Source: an uncultured Gemmatimonadales bacterium (GTDB lineage: Bacteria > Gemmatimonadota > Gemmatimonadetes > Longimicrobiales > Gaopeijiaceae). Taken from it: 64,000 nucleotides of DNA. The translations under genes and the position numbers were made by a program. Position 1 is the stretch's first letter. Every line of letters starts with the position of its first letter. The stretch spans positions 1,024,001 to 1,088,000 of the forward strand of contig CAWELD010000003.1 of the NCBI GenBank assembly GCA_963809895.1, given 5' to 3'. Positions 18,307 to 28,083 of the stretch are shown one piece after another. The notes under the pieces are model-generated. The model saw only the letters and a program-made list of their open reading frames with translations. It had not been told where the DNA came from and made no database searches.

Positions 18307-19524
18307 GTGCGCGGACGGGCGGCCCTCACGGGCTTGGTAGGGGTTGCGGCGGTGGTGATGGTGGGGATGCTCGCGTCGTGCGAGGAGGTGGAGCAGTTCC
18401 GCGACCGACGCCGGCCCGCCACGCCCCACGAGGCCTATCTGCGGGGACTCCGGGACGCCGGTCTCGCATCCACCGCGCTGGCCCGCGCATGGATCGACCA
18501 GTCGGTGGCCGCCGTCCGTGATCCGCTCCCCGTGGAGCTCCCCTTCCAGGAGGAGGGGTTCATCCCTCCCGAGGATCCCACGGCCGTGGGCTACCGGTTC
18601 CACCTGCGGCGCGGGCAGATGCTCACCGTCGCCCTGGACGTGGAGAGCCCCGACTCGACCCGGGTGTTCCTGGACTTCTTTCGCCTGCCCGAGGATCCGG
18701 CGGATCCACCCCGGCCCGTGCCCGGCGTGGACACCACCGCCACCGGCATGACCTACGAGCCGCCCCGCGCCGGCGACTTCGTCGTGCGGGTGCAGCCCGA
18801 GCTCCTGCGCGGCGGCCGCTATCGGCTGAGCCTGTCCCTGGACCCGGCCATGGCGTTTCCGGTGCAGGGCCGGGACACCCGCGCGGTGGGGAGCGTCTTC
18901 GGCGACCCCCGCGACGCCGGCGCCCGCGCCCATCACGGCGTCGACATCTTCGCTCCCCGGGGGACCCCGGCGCTGGCCTCGGCGGCGGGGCGTGTGAATC
19001 GGGTGAACGTCACCAACCTGGGCGGCAAGGTGGTCTGGCTCCGGGATTCCCGACTCAACCGCAACATCTACTACGCGCACCTGGACTCGCAGGTGGTGCA
19101 CGACGGGCAGATGGTGGAGGTGGGCGATACCCTGGGATTCGTGGGCAACACCGGGAACGCCCGCACGACGCCGCCCCATCTCCACTACGGCATCTACATC
19201 CGACGCGAAGGTCCCGTGGATCCCCTTCCCTATCTGCGGCGCCCCTCGGGCCGCATGCCGTCGCTGCCGTCTGACCCTGCGGTACTGGGAGCCAGCCTGC
19301 GCACGCGCGCCGAGGTGGACGTGCATCGGGGCCCGGAGCGGGACAGCCCGTTGGTGGCGTCGCTGGGCGCCCACGCGCCGGTACGGGTGCTCGGCGGAAC
19401 GGGAGGACGCTTTCGGGTGCGGCTACCCGGCGGCGGATCGGGCTACCTGGACGCCCGTCTCACGGAGCCGGCGGAGTCGCCCGTGGACCGGGCCACCGCC
19501 GCCTCGGGGGGAATGCAGCGCTGA
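18307..19524 (+). CDS. M23 metallopeptidase lipoprotein with C-terminal SH3-like region
   Basis: LASC lipobox, HHGVD, YYAHLD, PHLHYG; start uncertain. Confidence 0.85.
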   Translation: MRGRAALTGLVGVAAVVMVGMLASCEEVEQFRDRRRPATPHEAYLRGLRDAGLASTALARAWIDQSVAAVRDPLPVELPFQEEGFIPPEDPTAVGYRFHLRRGQMLTVALDVESPDSTRVFLDFFRLPEDPADPPRPVPGVDTTATGMTYEPPRAGDFVVRVQPELLRGGRYRLSLSLDPAMAFPVQGRDTRAVGSVFGDPRDAGARAHHGVDIFAPRGTPALASAAGRVNRVNVTNLGGKVVWLRDSRLNRNIYYAHLDSQVVHDGQMVEVGDTLGFVGNTGNARTTPPHLHYGIYIRREGPVDPLPYLRRPSGRMPSLPSDPAVLGASLRTRAEVDVHRGPERDSPLVASLGAHAPVRVLGGTGGRFRVRLPGGGSGYLDARLTEPAESPVDRATAASGGMQR

Positions 19525-19525
19525 T

Positions 19526-19714
19526 TCAGCCGGCTTGGCGCGGCGGGAACAGACCTTTCTGGAAGTGCGAGCCGTTCACCAGCCCCGGATAGGCGCGGGG
19601 GGCGCGACCGCTGGTGGTCTCCATGAAGGAGACCGCGACGACGAACGAAATCCCCAGGACGATGAAGAAGAGCACCAGCAGCTCGCCGGGGTGCTTTTCG
19701 GTCAGACGGCTCAT
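19526..19714 (-). CDS. Small single-TM hypothetical protein
   Basis: GAGG RBS, hydrophobic helix. Confidence 0.45.
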   Translation of the reverse strand: MSRLTEKHPGELLVLFFIVLGISFVVAVSFMETTSGRAPRAYPGLVNGSHFQKGLFPPRQAG

Positions 19715-19775
19715 GCCTCGAACTCCGTGGTCGTGGTTCTTGCCGTTCCGACGCTAGCGACGCGACCGGCGGGGA

Positions 19776-21770
19776 TCAAGTCCGCAGCCGTTGGATGTCG
19801 TCCTCGCGGCCCAGCACGATGAGGCGGTCCCCCGCCTGAAGCACCGTGTCGGGACCCGGCACCACGTCGTGGGCCTTGGGTTCCCCGGCCTCGTGGGGCC
19901 GGCGAATGAGGAGCACCTGAACCCCGAAGCGGGCCCGCACCGCGAGCTTCTCCAGCGTCTGACCCAGGAAGCCCACCGGCGCGTCGATCTCCGCCATGCG
20001 GTAGTCGTCACCCAGGCTCATCTCCTGCGTGCGCGCGCCCCGGAGCCCGCTGCCGATGCCCGCCACCATGTCCCGCTTGGTGAGCTCACGGTTGTAGGCC
20101 TCGATCACCTTCCGCCGCGTCACCACGCCCAGGAGCTTGCTCGTGAGCGGGTCCACCACCGGCAGCTCCTCGGGATGCCGCTCGGCGAACAGCCGCATCA
20201 CCGAGTCCAGGCGCTGCTCGGGGGTCAGGGCCGTGGTATCCTCCCGCGTCAGCTCTGCGGCCACCAGGATCTGCGAGAGGGATTGGGCGTGGAGGATGGC
20301 CTCCTGCAGGTCCGCCAGGCCGATCACCCCCAGGAGCTCGCCTTCGCCGTCCACCACGTAGAAGAAGCCGTGGGGATTCCCGTGCAGCCGCTCCAGGAGC
20401 TGGCCCAGGTGCTCCGAGCCCTGGACCACCACCATGTCGTGGTCCATGACCTCCTCCACCTCGAGGGAGCGGAGGATGTTGTACTCGTGACCGCGGAAGA
20501 TGTCGATGCCCCGCCGCAGGAGCTTCTCGGTGTAGATCGTGGTACGCCGCGCCCGCGAAACCACCAGGGTCGCGATGATGCACGACGCCATCAACGGCAG
20601 GATGAGCTGGTAGTCGGAAGTCAGCTCGAAGATGATGAGAATGGCCGTGATCGGTGCCATGGTGGCTCCCGCAACCACGGCTCCCATCCCCACCAGGGCG
20701 TACGCTCCGCTGCCGGCGGTGGCCGTCGGGAAGAGCATGTGCGCCAATCCACCCACCATCCCGCCGGTCATGGCGCCCAGGAAAAGCGACGGCGCGAACA
20801 CGCCGCCGGATCCGCCGGTGCCCAGCGTGATGCTGGTAGCGACCAGCTTCGCCACCACCAGCAGGCCCAGCAGCCCCAGCCCGATCTCGCCAGCCAGGGC
20901 GGCGTTGGTGGCCTCGTAGCCGACCCCCAGCACGTGCGGAAAGCCCAGCGCCATGATCCCCACCAGCAAGCCGCCCAGCGTGGGCAGGAGCCATTCGGGA
21001 ATCGGGAGCGACTCGAAGAAGTCCTCGGACTTGTAGAGGAGTCCCACGAAGGCCAGCGCCACGAAGCCCGCCACCACACCCAGCACCCCGTAGACCAGGA
21101 ACTCCCACACGCTCACCATGTTGTGGGCCGGCACCAGGAAGGCCGGGAAGTCGCCGAGGAAGTGGCGCGACACGACGGTGGCCATCACCGACGAGATGAC
21201 GATGGGGCTGAACTCCGAGACGCCGAAATCGCCCAGGATGATCTCCACCGCGAACAGCGCGCCGGCCATGGGCGCGTTGAAGGTCGCGGCGATGCCCGCC
21301 GCCGCCCCGCACCCCACCAGCGTGCGGAGCTGCGTGGTGCTGACCTGGAACCACTGCCCCAGGGTGGAGCCCAACGCGGAGCCGATCTGGACGATGGGGC
21401 CCTCACGGCCCACCGAGCCGCCGGTGCCGATGGTGAGCGCCGACGCCAGGCTCTTCACCACCACCAGTCGCGGGCGGATGACGCCGCCGCGCACGGCCAC
21501 GGCCTCCATGACCTCGGGCACGCCGTGGCCCTTGGCCTCCTTGGCGCCGAAATACACCAGGGGGCCCACCAGGAGGGCGCCCAGGACCGGGATCAGGACG
21601 ATCCACCACCACGGGTGTCCGCGCACCAGGTCCAGGGTGTAGGTCCAGTCGCCCCAGGCACCGCGCTGCACCAGGCGAATCAGCCCCCGGAAGGCCACGG
21701 CGCCCAGCCCCCCGAGGAGTCCCAACAGCACGGCCACCAGCACCATGAAGGTGTGTTCGGCCATGCGCAT
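19776..21770 (-). CDS. CLC chloride channel/antiporter with CBS pair and TrkA-C domain
   Basis: GHGVPE, GREGP, GGVFAP motifs, followed by CBS and TrkA_C-like domains; start uncertain. Confidence 0.92.
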   Translation of the reverse strand: MRMAEHTFMVLVAVLLGLLGGLGAVAFRGLIRLVQRGAWGDWTYTLDLVRGHPWWWIVLIPVLGALLVGPLVYFGAKEAKGHGVPEVMEAVAVRGGVIRPRLVVVKSLASALTIGTGGSVGREGPIVQIGSALGSTLGQWFQVSTTQLRTLVGCGAAAGIAATFNAPMAGALFAVEIILGDFGVSEFSPIVISSVMATVVSRHFLGDFPAFLVPAHNMVSVWEFLVYGVLGVVAGFVALAFVGLLYKSEDFFESLPIPEWLLPTLGGLLVGIMALGFPHVLGVGYEATNAALAGEIGLGLLGLLVVAKLVATSITLGTGGSGGVFAPSLFLGAMTGGMVGGLAHMLFPTATAGSGAYALVGMGAVVAGATMAPITAILIIFELTSDYQLILPLMASCIIATLVVSRARRTTIYTEKLLRRGIDIFRGHEYNILRSLEVEEVMDHDMVVVQGSEHLGQLLERLHGNPHGFFYVVDGEGELLGVIGLADLQEAILHAQSLSQILVAAELTREDTTALTPEQRLDSVMRLFAERHPEELPVVDPLTSKLLGVVTRRKVIEAYNRELTKRDMVAGIGSGLRGARTQEMSLGDDYRMAEIDAPVGFLGQTLEKLAVRARFGVQVLLIRRPHEAGEPKAHDVVPGPDTVLQAGDRLIVLGREDDIQRLRT

Positions 21771-21981
21771 ACGCGTCAGGACGCGCTCCAGGAACGCGAT
21801 GGGATCTCCTCCGGACTTTGCGTGGGTCGTGCGAGGGGACCGGCTCAGCGGGCCCGAGATAGGATAACCCCGTCGGCCGCCGGCGTCAGCGGCGACCCCC
21901 CCTTGCACCACGTCCACGTCCCGTCCCATCCTGTGGTCGGCCCCCCCAACCCTTTGTCGCCCTGCGCAAAGGAGGGCCAGC

Positions 21982-22353
21982 ATGCCGTCGTCCACGTCCG
22001 GCCCCGACCGGAGCATCCTCCTCGTGGAGGACGAGCCAGCGCTGCAGCGCGTCCTGATCCGGTTGCTCGAGAAACTCGGGCGCCCGGTGACCGCGGTGTC
22101 TTCCGCCACGGAGGCCAAGGTCGCCCTCGATGACCTCGCGGGTCCGGTGTTGCTGGTCGCCGACCATTTCCTGGGTGAAGAGAGCGGCGTCGACCTCGCC
22201 GTGGCCGCCATCGAGGCGCGTCCGGACGTCGAGGTCGTCATGATGTCGGGATCCGGCCCCGAGATCCCCCTGGAGCGCATCCCGGCCGATCATCTCCGGG
22301 GCGTGCTCATGAAGCCCTTTCGGCTGGAGGAGCTTCAGGCGCTGTTGGACTGA
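21982..22353 (+). CDS. Single-domain response regulator
   Basis: LLVEDE, phospho-Asp in VADH, MSG, KPF. Confidence 0.8.
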   Translation: MPSSTSGPDRSILLVEDEPALQRVLIRLLEKLGRPVTAVSSATEAKVALDDLAGPVLLVADHFLGEESGVDLAVAAIEARPDVEVVMMSGSGPEIPLERIPADHLRGVLMKPFRLEELQALLD

Positions 22354-22865
22354 TCGGGCGCGCGACGAAGCCCCAGCAGGAGCCCTACCAGCACCACGCA
22401 CGCCGCCGAGGCCAGCACCACCGCGGCCAGCCCCGTGGGGCCCGGGAGGCCTGCGGCCGCGCCGAGCACCGCGATGAAGGCGCCTGCGCCCACGAGTGCC
22501 GCCGTGGCTACTCCCTGGAGCACTCGGCGGGGCCTTCGCTCCACCGGCGAGTCCAGTCGCGCCACCACCGCGAGTAGCTCGGCGGCGGCCACCATCGCAC
22601 CGACGCCGAGCGCCAGCACCAGTGGCTCCACCCCACCCGCACCGGGCCCCAGCAGGAAGCTCCCCACCAGCGCCTGCCCGGCGAGGACCTGCACCGCGAT
22701 GGCCGCCGGATAGAAGAGCGCCATGCCGGTGAGCACGACGTAGGCGAGCGCCAGGTCGTCGCGCCATCCCGGGCCCGCGGGGACCATGGCCGACACCGCC
22801 ACCAGCCCCGCCACCAGGAGCGCCAGCAGCCCCAACCGCCGCCGGGCCGGCCACCAGGCCCTCAC
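22335..22865 (-). CDS. Hypothetical membrane protein
   Basis: Several TM segments; GTGA overlap with the DUF58 gene. Confidence 0.6.
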   Translation of the reverse strand: MRAWWPARRRLGLLALLVAGLVAVSAMVPAGPGWRDDLALAYVVLTGMALFYPAAIAVQVLAGQALVGSFLLGPGAGGVEPLVLALGVGAMVAAAELLAVVARLDSPVERRPRRVLQGVATAALVGAGAFIAVLGAAAGLPGPTGLAAVVLASAACVVLVGLLLGLRRAPDQSNSA

Positions 22866-24163
22866 GAGGCCGCCGCTCCGGCGCGGGCGGGTTGCTCGAG
22901 GGCGGCCATGCGCCGCCGCAGCGTGAGGATCGCCGGGCCCACGCCCTCGTCGCCGGCCACCAGCGCCGTGGGCACCCCACCCCGCTCCAGCGCCTGGCGC
23001 TCGGCCTCGCGCTGGGCGAGCCAGATGCGGAGCGCCGCCTGATCGGCGCGGTCCTCGCCCACTGGAAGCACGTCGGAGGTGTCGATCACCAGGGCCACGG
23101 TGGTGTGCCCCGCGCGGCGGAAGCGGAGCAGCTCGGGCACGAAGGTCTCGGAGCGGAGGGTGGTGACCCCCACGATGAGCGCGTCGGCGGGCACCATGGC
23201 GCGGCCGCGCCAGATGCGGCGCCGGGTGCGGTCCTCGGCGGCCTGTCCCACGGCCAGGAGCTGGTCCAGGAGCATCCAGCGCGCCCGACGGCCCCCACGC
23301 GGCGGGAGCCAGGCCGCGGTGCGGCCCCGGGCCAGGAGGCCCACCCGGTCCTGGGCCCTCAGGTGCACCGACGCCACCGCCCACGCCGACCTGGCGCTCC
23401 GGGCCAGCGCCTCGGTGCTCCGCTCCTCCTCGCGCAGCGCCGCGTCCAGGACCAGCACCACCGTGCCGGTGCGCTCCGGGTGGTTCACCCGCACCCAGGG
23501 CTCGCCCAGTCGGGCCGAGGTGGCCCAGGACAGGTCCCGCAGGCGGTCCCCCGGCTGATAGGGGCGCAGCTCGGCCAGGTCGGTGCCGTGGCCCCGAAGC
23601 CGCGACACGTGCAGGCCCGCGATGGCCCGGGGCTCGGCGGGCTTGAGGAGCCGGCTGACGCGCAGCGCCGCCGGCAGCACCCTGAGCCCCGGCACCCGAC
23701 CCAGCTTGTGCTCGGTCATGACCAGGCTCCCGGGTCGCCGCGCCCGCACCCACAACGACCCCAGGTCGTGCACGCCCCAGGAGCGGGCCTCCAGGCTGAA
23801 CGGGAGCGTCACCGGGCCCTCGCCCAGCGGGAGCGCCCACCCCGTCACCGGCGCCGGATCCACGGCCGTGATGCCCCGGCCCCCGGCCAGGAGCACGTCG
23901 ACCTCGGCCTCACCGTCCCAGTCGACCGCGACCTCGCCCTCCACCCGGTCACCCTCCACGGCCACCTCGCCGTGCACCCGCACCGCACCCTGCACCTCCA
24001 CGGCGTCGGTCGAGGCCAGTCCCAGCGCCGCCAGGGCGATGAAGGGCGCGCCCAGCGCCGCCAGCACCGGCTCGCCGGTGGCCACGGCAGCCACCAGCGC
24101 CGCGAAGCCGGCCACCAGGTACGCCGGCAGCCGGGGGTCGGGACGACGACGTCCCCGGCTCAC
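22862..24163 (-). CDS. DUF58 family protein
   Basis: GTDLAELRPYQPGDRLRDLSWATSAR, DRVGL; follows MoxR. Confidence 0.88.
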   Translation of the reverse strand: MSRGRRRPDPRLPAYLVAGFAALVAAVATGEPVLAALGAPFIALAALGLASTDAVEVQGAVRVHGEVAVEGDRVEGEVAVDWDGEAEVDVLLAGGRGITAVDPAPVTGWALPLGEGPVTLPFSLEARSWGVHDLGSLWVRARRPGSLVMTEHKLGRVPGLRVLPAALRVSRLLKPAEPRAIAGLHVSRLRGHGTDLAELRPYQPGDRLRDLSWATSARLGEPWVRVNHPERTGTVVLVLDAALREEERSTEALARSARSAWAVASVHLRAQDRVGLLARGRTAAWLPPRGGRRARWMLLDQLLAVGQAAEDRTRRRIWRGRAMVPADALIVGVTTLRSETFVPELLRFRRAGHTTVALVIDTSDVLPVGEDRADQAALRIWLAQREAERQALERGGVPTALVAGDEGVGPAILTLRRRMAALEQPARAGAAAS

Positions 24164-25185
24164 GTGCCCTGGGGCACCGGGACGCGGTCCACCGCCCGTC
24201 GCACCACGTCCTCGGGGTTGGCGCGCCGCGCCCAGGCGTCGTCGCTCAGCACCACGCGATGGGCCAGCGCCGGCACCGCCATCCCCCGGATGTCGTCGGG
24301 CCCCACGTACTCGCGGCCGGCCAGCAGCGCGGCGGCGCGCGCCAGCTTCACCAGCGCCAGCGTGCCCCGGGGGCTCGAGCCCACCGCGAGCTGCCGCTTC
24401 GGCTGCGCGTCGCCCGCACCAGCGCCACGCAGTATGCCATGAGGCGCCGGTCCACGTGGATGTGCTCCAGCGAGCGCTGGACCGCCGCGAAGGTGGCGGC
24501 GTCGCAGGTCTGGCGGATGGCCACCTCGTCGGTGCGGCGCTCCACCCGGTTCTCCAGCATGGCGATCTCGTCGTCCTCGGCCGGATAGCCCATGATCGTG
24601 CGGATCAGGAAGCGGTCGAGCTGGGCCTCCGGGCAGCGGATACGTGCCCTCCGACTCGATGGGATTCTGGGTGGCGATGACCAGGAACGGCCGCGGCAGC
24701 GGGTGGGTGGTGCCGTCGGCGGTGACCTGGCGCTCCTGCATGGCCTCCAACAGCGCGGCCTGGGTCTTGGCCGGCGCACGGTTCACCTCGTCGGCCAGGA
24801 GCAGGTTCGTGAAGACCGGCCCCGGCCGGAACTCGGGCCGGTGGGTGGCCAGGTCCAGCACCAGCGAGCCCGTGATGTCCGCCGGCAGCACGTCGGGCGT
24901 GAACTGAACCCGCGAGAACTCGAGTCCCGCCGCCGCGGCGATGGAGCGCGCCGTGAGCGTCTTGGCCACGCCGGGCACGTCGTCCAGGAGGATGTGTCCG
25001 TCGGCGAACAGCCCCGCCAGGATCAGGCGGATGACGTCGCGCTTGCCCACGACGGCGCGGCACACCTCGTCCAGGATGCCCTCGACGACGGCGGCGGCCT
25101 CCTCGAAGGGGAGCGCCCCGGGATCGTGGGCGGTCGTAGGTGTCGAGCCGCTCCCTGGCGGCGGCGGTGTGGAGGATGCGGTCAT
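24160..25185 (-). CDS. MoxR-family AAA ATPase with two compensating frameshifts (~24630 and ~24400)
   Basis: DVPGVAKT, DEVNRA, ATQNP, GTYPLP in one frame; EAQLDRF in another; GSSPR back in the first. Confidence 0.88.
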   Translation of the reverse strand: MTASSTPPPPGSGSTPTTAHDPGALPFEEAAAVVEGILDEVCRAVVGKRDVIRLILAGLFADGHILLDDVPGVAKTLTARSIAAAAGLEFSRVQFTPDVLPADITGSLVLDLATHRPEFRPGPVFTNLLLADEVNRAPAKTQAALLEAMQERQVTADGTTHPLPRPFLVIATQNPIESEGTYPLPGGPARPLPDPHDHGLSGRGRRDRHAGEPGGAPHRRGGHPPDLRRRHLRGGPALAGAHPRGPAPHGILRGAGAGDAQPKRQLAVGSSPRGTLALVKLARAAALLAGREYVGPDDIRGMAVPALAHRVVLSDDAWARRANPEDVVRRAVDRVPVPQGT

Positions 25186-25751
25186 GATCGCGTGTGGGTT
25201 GGGGGAGTGAGGCCTTCCAGCTCGTCCAGGACCCGGTGCACCGTCTCGGCCACCTGGCGCTCGTCGGTGCCCACGGTCTGGAACCACCAGGGCTGCTTGA
25301 GGGGCTCGCTGGCCAGGACGGCCCACGACAGCGGGGACAGGCGGGCCCGTGCCGCTCGCACGGCCCCCGCGTCGGCCGGATCCACCTCCAGCGCCGAGGC
25401 GATGAGCGGCTTCAGGCGCCTGAGGATCTCCGGGGGCATGGCCGGCGCGCCGTCCAGCGGCTGGCGGCGACCCCCGATGCGGGCACGGATGGCCTCGATT
25501 TCGGGGGATTCCTCGTCGGCTTCCTGCCACGCCGTACCCCCTCCGAACGGGGACATCCACTTGAAGGGGGACATCCACTCGGCGGGAGTCACGTTGCGGG
25601 CCAGCGCGTAGAGGGCTGCCGCCGCGCCCACGCTGAGCGCCACGACCTGGAGGGCGTTCCAGGCATGCTGCGGCCAGATCACGGCGACCAGGCCGCCGAT
25701 CAGGAGGGCGGCGGCGCCCACGTTGGCGGGTCGGAGCATGCGTCCGCTCAC
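25182..25751 (-). CDS. Hypothetical membrane protein of the MoxR cluster
   Basis: Two N-terminal TM helices; coupled to neighbours by 4-nt overlaps. Confidence 0.65.
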   Translation of the reverse strand: MSGRMLRPANVGAAALLIGGLVAVIWPQHAWNALQVVALSVGAAAALYALARNVTPAEWMSPFKWMSPFGGGTAWQEADEESPEIEAIRARIGGRRQPLDGAPAMPPEILRRLKPLIASALEVDPADAGAVRAARARLSPLSWAVLASEPLKQPWWFQTVGTDERQVAETVHRVLDELEGLTPPTHTRS

Positions 25752-26788
25752 GCGCTGGCCTCCGTGGGGATGGCGTGGGCGGCGCGCAGACTGTTCAGGC
25801 TCTGCTCCAGGGCCGCCGTGGCCTGCGCGCGGTGCGCGTCGGTCACCGGCCGGTCCGCGAACTGGGCCCGCACGTAGAGGTCGGCCAGGCGGTGGAGCGA
25901 CGCGGGGTGCACCCCCAGCGGCCCCAGCGAGCGCCGCAGGTGCTCGTGGGGCGCCTCGTAGGCCTGCCGCGGCGCCCCGGCGGCCGCCAGCGTGTGCAGG
26001 AGACTGCGGTAGGCCGCGGTGATGACGTCCCGAGGCTCACCCTCGCTCAGGGCCATTTCGGTGAGCGATGCCTCCAGTCCGGCCTCGGCGTCGTCCCGGG
26101 CCACCCCGGGCATCTCGAGGCGCAGTCCCCGGGGGCTGGGCCGGTTCTGGCGCCTCATGATGCGGTAGATCAGCCCCAGGATCAGGAGTCCCAGGATCAG
26201 CGGCAGCATGCGTCCCAACCGCTGGAGCAGGCTCTGGGGCGGCCCAGCCGGCGGGCCCACCGGTCCACCCAGCGGGCTGGTCAGCACACCGCCCCCTGCC
26301 CCGCCAGGCTGGCTGACTCCCATGCCGCCGCCGAGCCCGCCGGGTCGGGTTCCTCCCGGCTCCGCGCCGCTCTCGTCGGACGAGGGATCGAAGGACGACG
26401 AGCCCGCAGCGCTCCGGGACGGGGCGTCGCGGGGCGGCAGCGGATGGATGGTGAGCGCCAGGACCGTGAGGATGCCCATGAGGACGGCCGCGGTCCTGAG
26501 CGCGACGGCGGTGGGGTCCGGCTCCCGGCGGCTCGTCCGCGGCAGGCGCCGGCGCTGGATCAGGAGCCCCGCGAGACCGGCGAGCACGGCGAGCGCACCG
26601 ACGCCCCGCACCACACGCACCCAGGTCTCGCTCAGCGCCGCGGCCGGGAGGATCAGGCGCACGTCCCGGGCGGCCACCGCCACCAGCGCGCAGGCCACCA
26701 CGGCCGCCACCAGCGCCAGCAGCCGCGGGCTGGAGGGCGCCGCTGCGCCGGCCTCCGGGTCGTCCTGTGGCTGGAGGGTCTCCTGCAC
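25748..26788 (-). CDS. DUF4129-domain membrane protein
   Basis: C-terminal ITAAY..G.PR..EAPHEHL..LADLYVRAQF motif. Confidence 0.75.
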   Translation of the reverse strand: MQETLQPQDDPEAGAAAPSSPRLLALVAAVVACALVAVAARDVRLILPAAALSETWVRVVRGVGALAVLAGLAGLLIQRRRLPRTSRREPDPTAVALRTAAVLMGILTVLALTIHPLPPRDAPSRSAAGSSSFDPSSDESGAEPGGTRPGGLGGGMGVSQPGGAGGGVLTSPLGGPVGPPAGPPQSLLQRLGRMLPLILGLLILGLIYRIMRRQNRPSPRGLRLEMPGVARDDAEAGLEASLTEMALSEGEPRDVITAAYRSLLHTLAAAGAPRQAYEAPHEHLRRSLGPLGVHPASLHRLADLYVRAQFADRPVTDAHRAQATAALEQSLNSLRAAHAIPTEASA

Positions 26789-26870
26789 CGTGCGCGAGTC
26801 CCGGTCTCCGAGGAAGGCGGCCCGGCGATCCGCAGCCGCCTCGTCAATGTACGCGCGGGGGGCGTGAAGG

Positions 26871-28082
26871 CTACGCGGGGGGGTGGAGCTGGTAGATGTC
26901 GACGAAGGTCACGCCGAGCTCGTCGTGGCGCTCGATGGCGAGCCTCCCGTAGCCGATGTCCTGGATGTAGCCCGAGATGCCGTCCGGCAGGATGAACCAA
27001 CCCAACCAGGTGCCGTCGCCGTCGAGAATCTCATACTCACGAGCTGCCCTATTGAAGAACGGAGGACGATGGCCCACCCAGAGGTAGCCATCCTCGTCCC
27101 AGAACAGTCTGCCGATGGCGGCGGAGCTATCCGGGTGCTCGAGCCGGTCGAATGCCTCGGTACGCTCTCGCAGCGCGAATCGTGACCGGCCGAGAAGAGA
27201 ATCCCTGGCGGCTCTCAGCCTCTCTCGCGTGACGGCGATGCGTGGGAGGTCCAGGCGGACCCGTCCAATGCGCTCGCCGGAGATACGGTGGACATCGATG
27301 GTCCAGGTATTGGGGTCGCTGACATAGACACGTGGAGGATTCCCGCCCACCGCGACGAGAGCACCACCGACGAAGGGAGACCTGTAGTCGTATACCGCCC
27401 TGTTCGGAAGGCGCGGCGTGCTGGTTCTCGGAGGGCTGGGGTAGTCCGCGTAGGTGACGAGCATGTCCAGACCCAGGATCCCAACGACGGAATCTCGGCC
27501 CGCGAACACGGCCTGACTCGAAAGCGCAATTGCGAGATCACCGTGGCTCGTCAATTCCCATTGGTCTGGAATGAAGACCCTCGGCACCCTTCCCAGGAGT
27601 CCGCCACGGACGGTTTCAACGTCCAAGAGCTCCCCGGAAGTCCTGAACCAGGTCAACCTTCCCACACTGGGATCCCAGGCCAGGATCGTATCCCGCCCCA
27701 CCTCGGTGATCGCTGGCTCCGTCTGGAACTCCCCGGGACCTTCTCCGTAGGCGCCGAGCGTCGCTACGTGTGCCCCTGATCGGGCGAAAACCTCGATGCG
27801 CGGCGGATTCCGGTCGACGACCGCCACCCCTCCATCGGCGAGAAGCAGGACCTGGTCCACCGCCTGGAAGAGCTCCGGACCGCTGTTGGCCACCGAGCCG
27901 AGGATCAGGTCGGGCGCATCCGCCAGGGTCCAGCGAGACGCGGCCGTGTGTGTCGGTCTGACCTCGATCGTGGCGGCGCTCGAATAGTGGGGCTGTCCCA
28001 ATCCGGAGGTCTCGCCGTCGCCGCAGCCGAGTGGGGCCGCCAGCACCAAGAGGATGGCAGTGCAGAGGCGAGCGCGGACCAT
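26871..28082 (-). CDS. 6-bladed beta-propeller lipoprotein
   Basis: PLGC lipobox; IEVFARSG..LGAYGEGPGEF; YEILDGDGTWLG; DELGV near C-terminus. Confidence 0.78.
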   Translation of the reverse strand: MVRARLCTAILLVLAAPLGCGDGETSGLGQPHYSSAATIEVRPTHTAASRWTLADAPDLILGSVANSGPELFQAVDQVLLLADGGVAVVDRNPPRIEVFARSGAHVATLGAYGEGPGEFQTEPAITEVGRDTILAWDPSVGRLTWFRTSGELLDVETVRGGLLGRVPRVFIPDQWELTSHGDLAIALSSQAVFAGRDSVVGILGLDMLVTYADYPSPPRTSTPRLPNRAVYDYRSPFVGGALVAVGGNPPRVYVSDPNTWTIDVHRISGERIGRVRLDLPRIAVTRERLRAARDSLLGRSRFALRERTEAFDRLEHPDSSAAIGRLFWDEDGYLWVGHRPPFFNRAAREYEILDGDGTWLGWFILPDGISGYIQDIGYGRLAIERHDELGVTFVDIYQLHPPA

Positions 28083-28083
28083 G

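Noticed and set aside
14946..19524. Very long ORFs (765, 836, 771 aa) suggesting fusions
   Set aside because: GC-rich open frames extending upstream of plsY, DUF512 and M23; the real genes start internally. The same applies to the 1138, 883 and 589 aa ORFs around uvrC, nadB and lpxK
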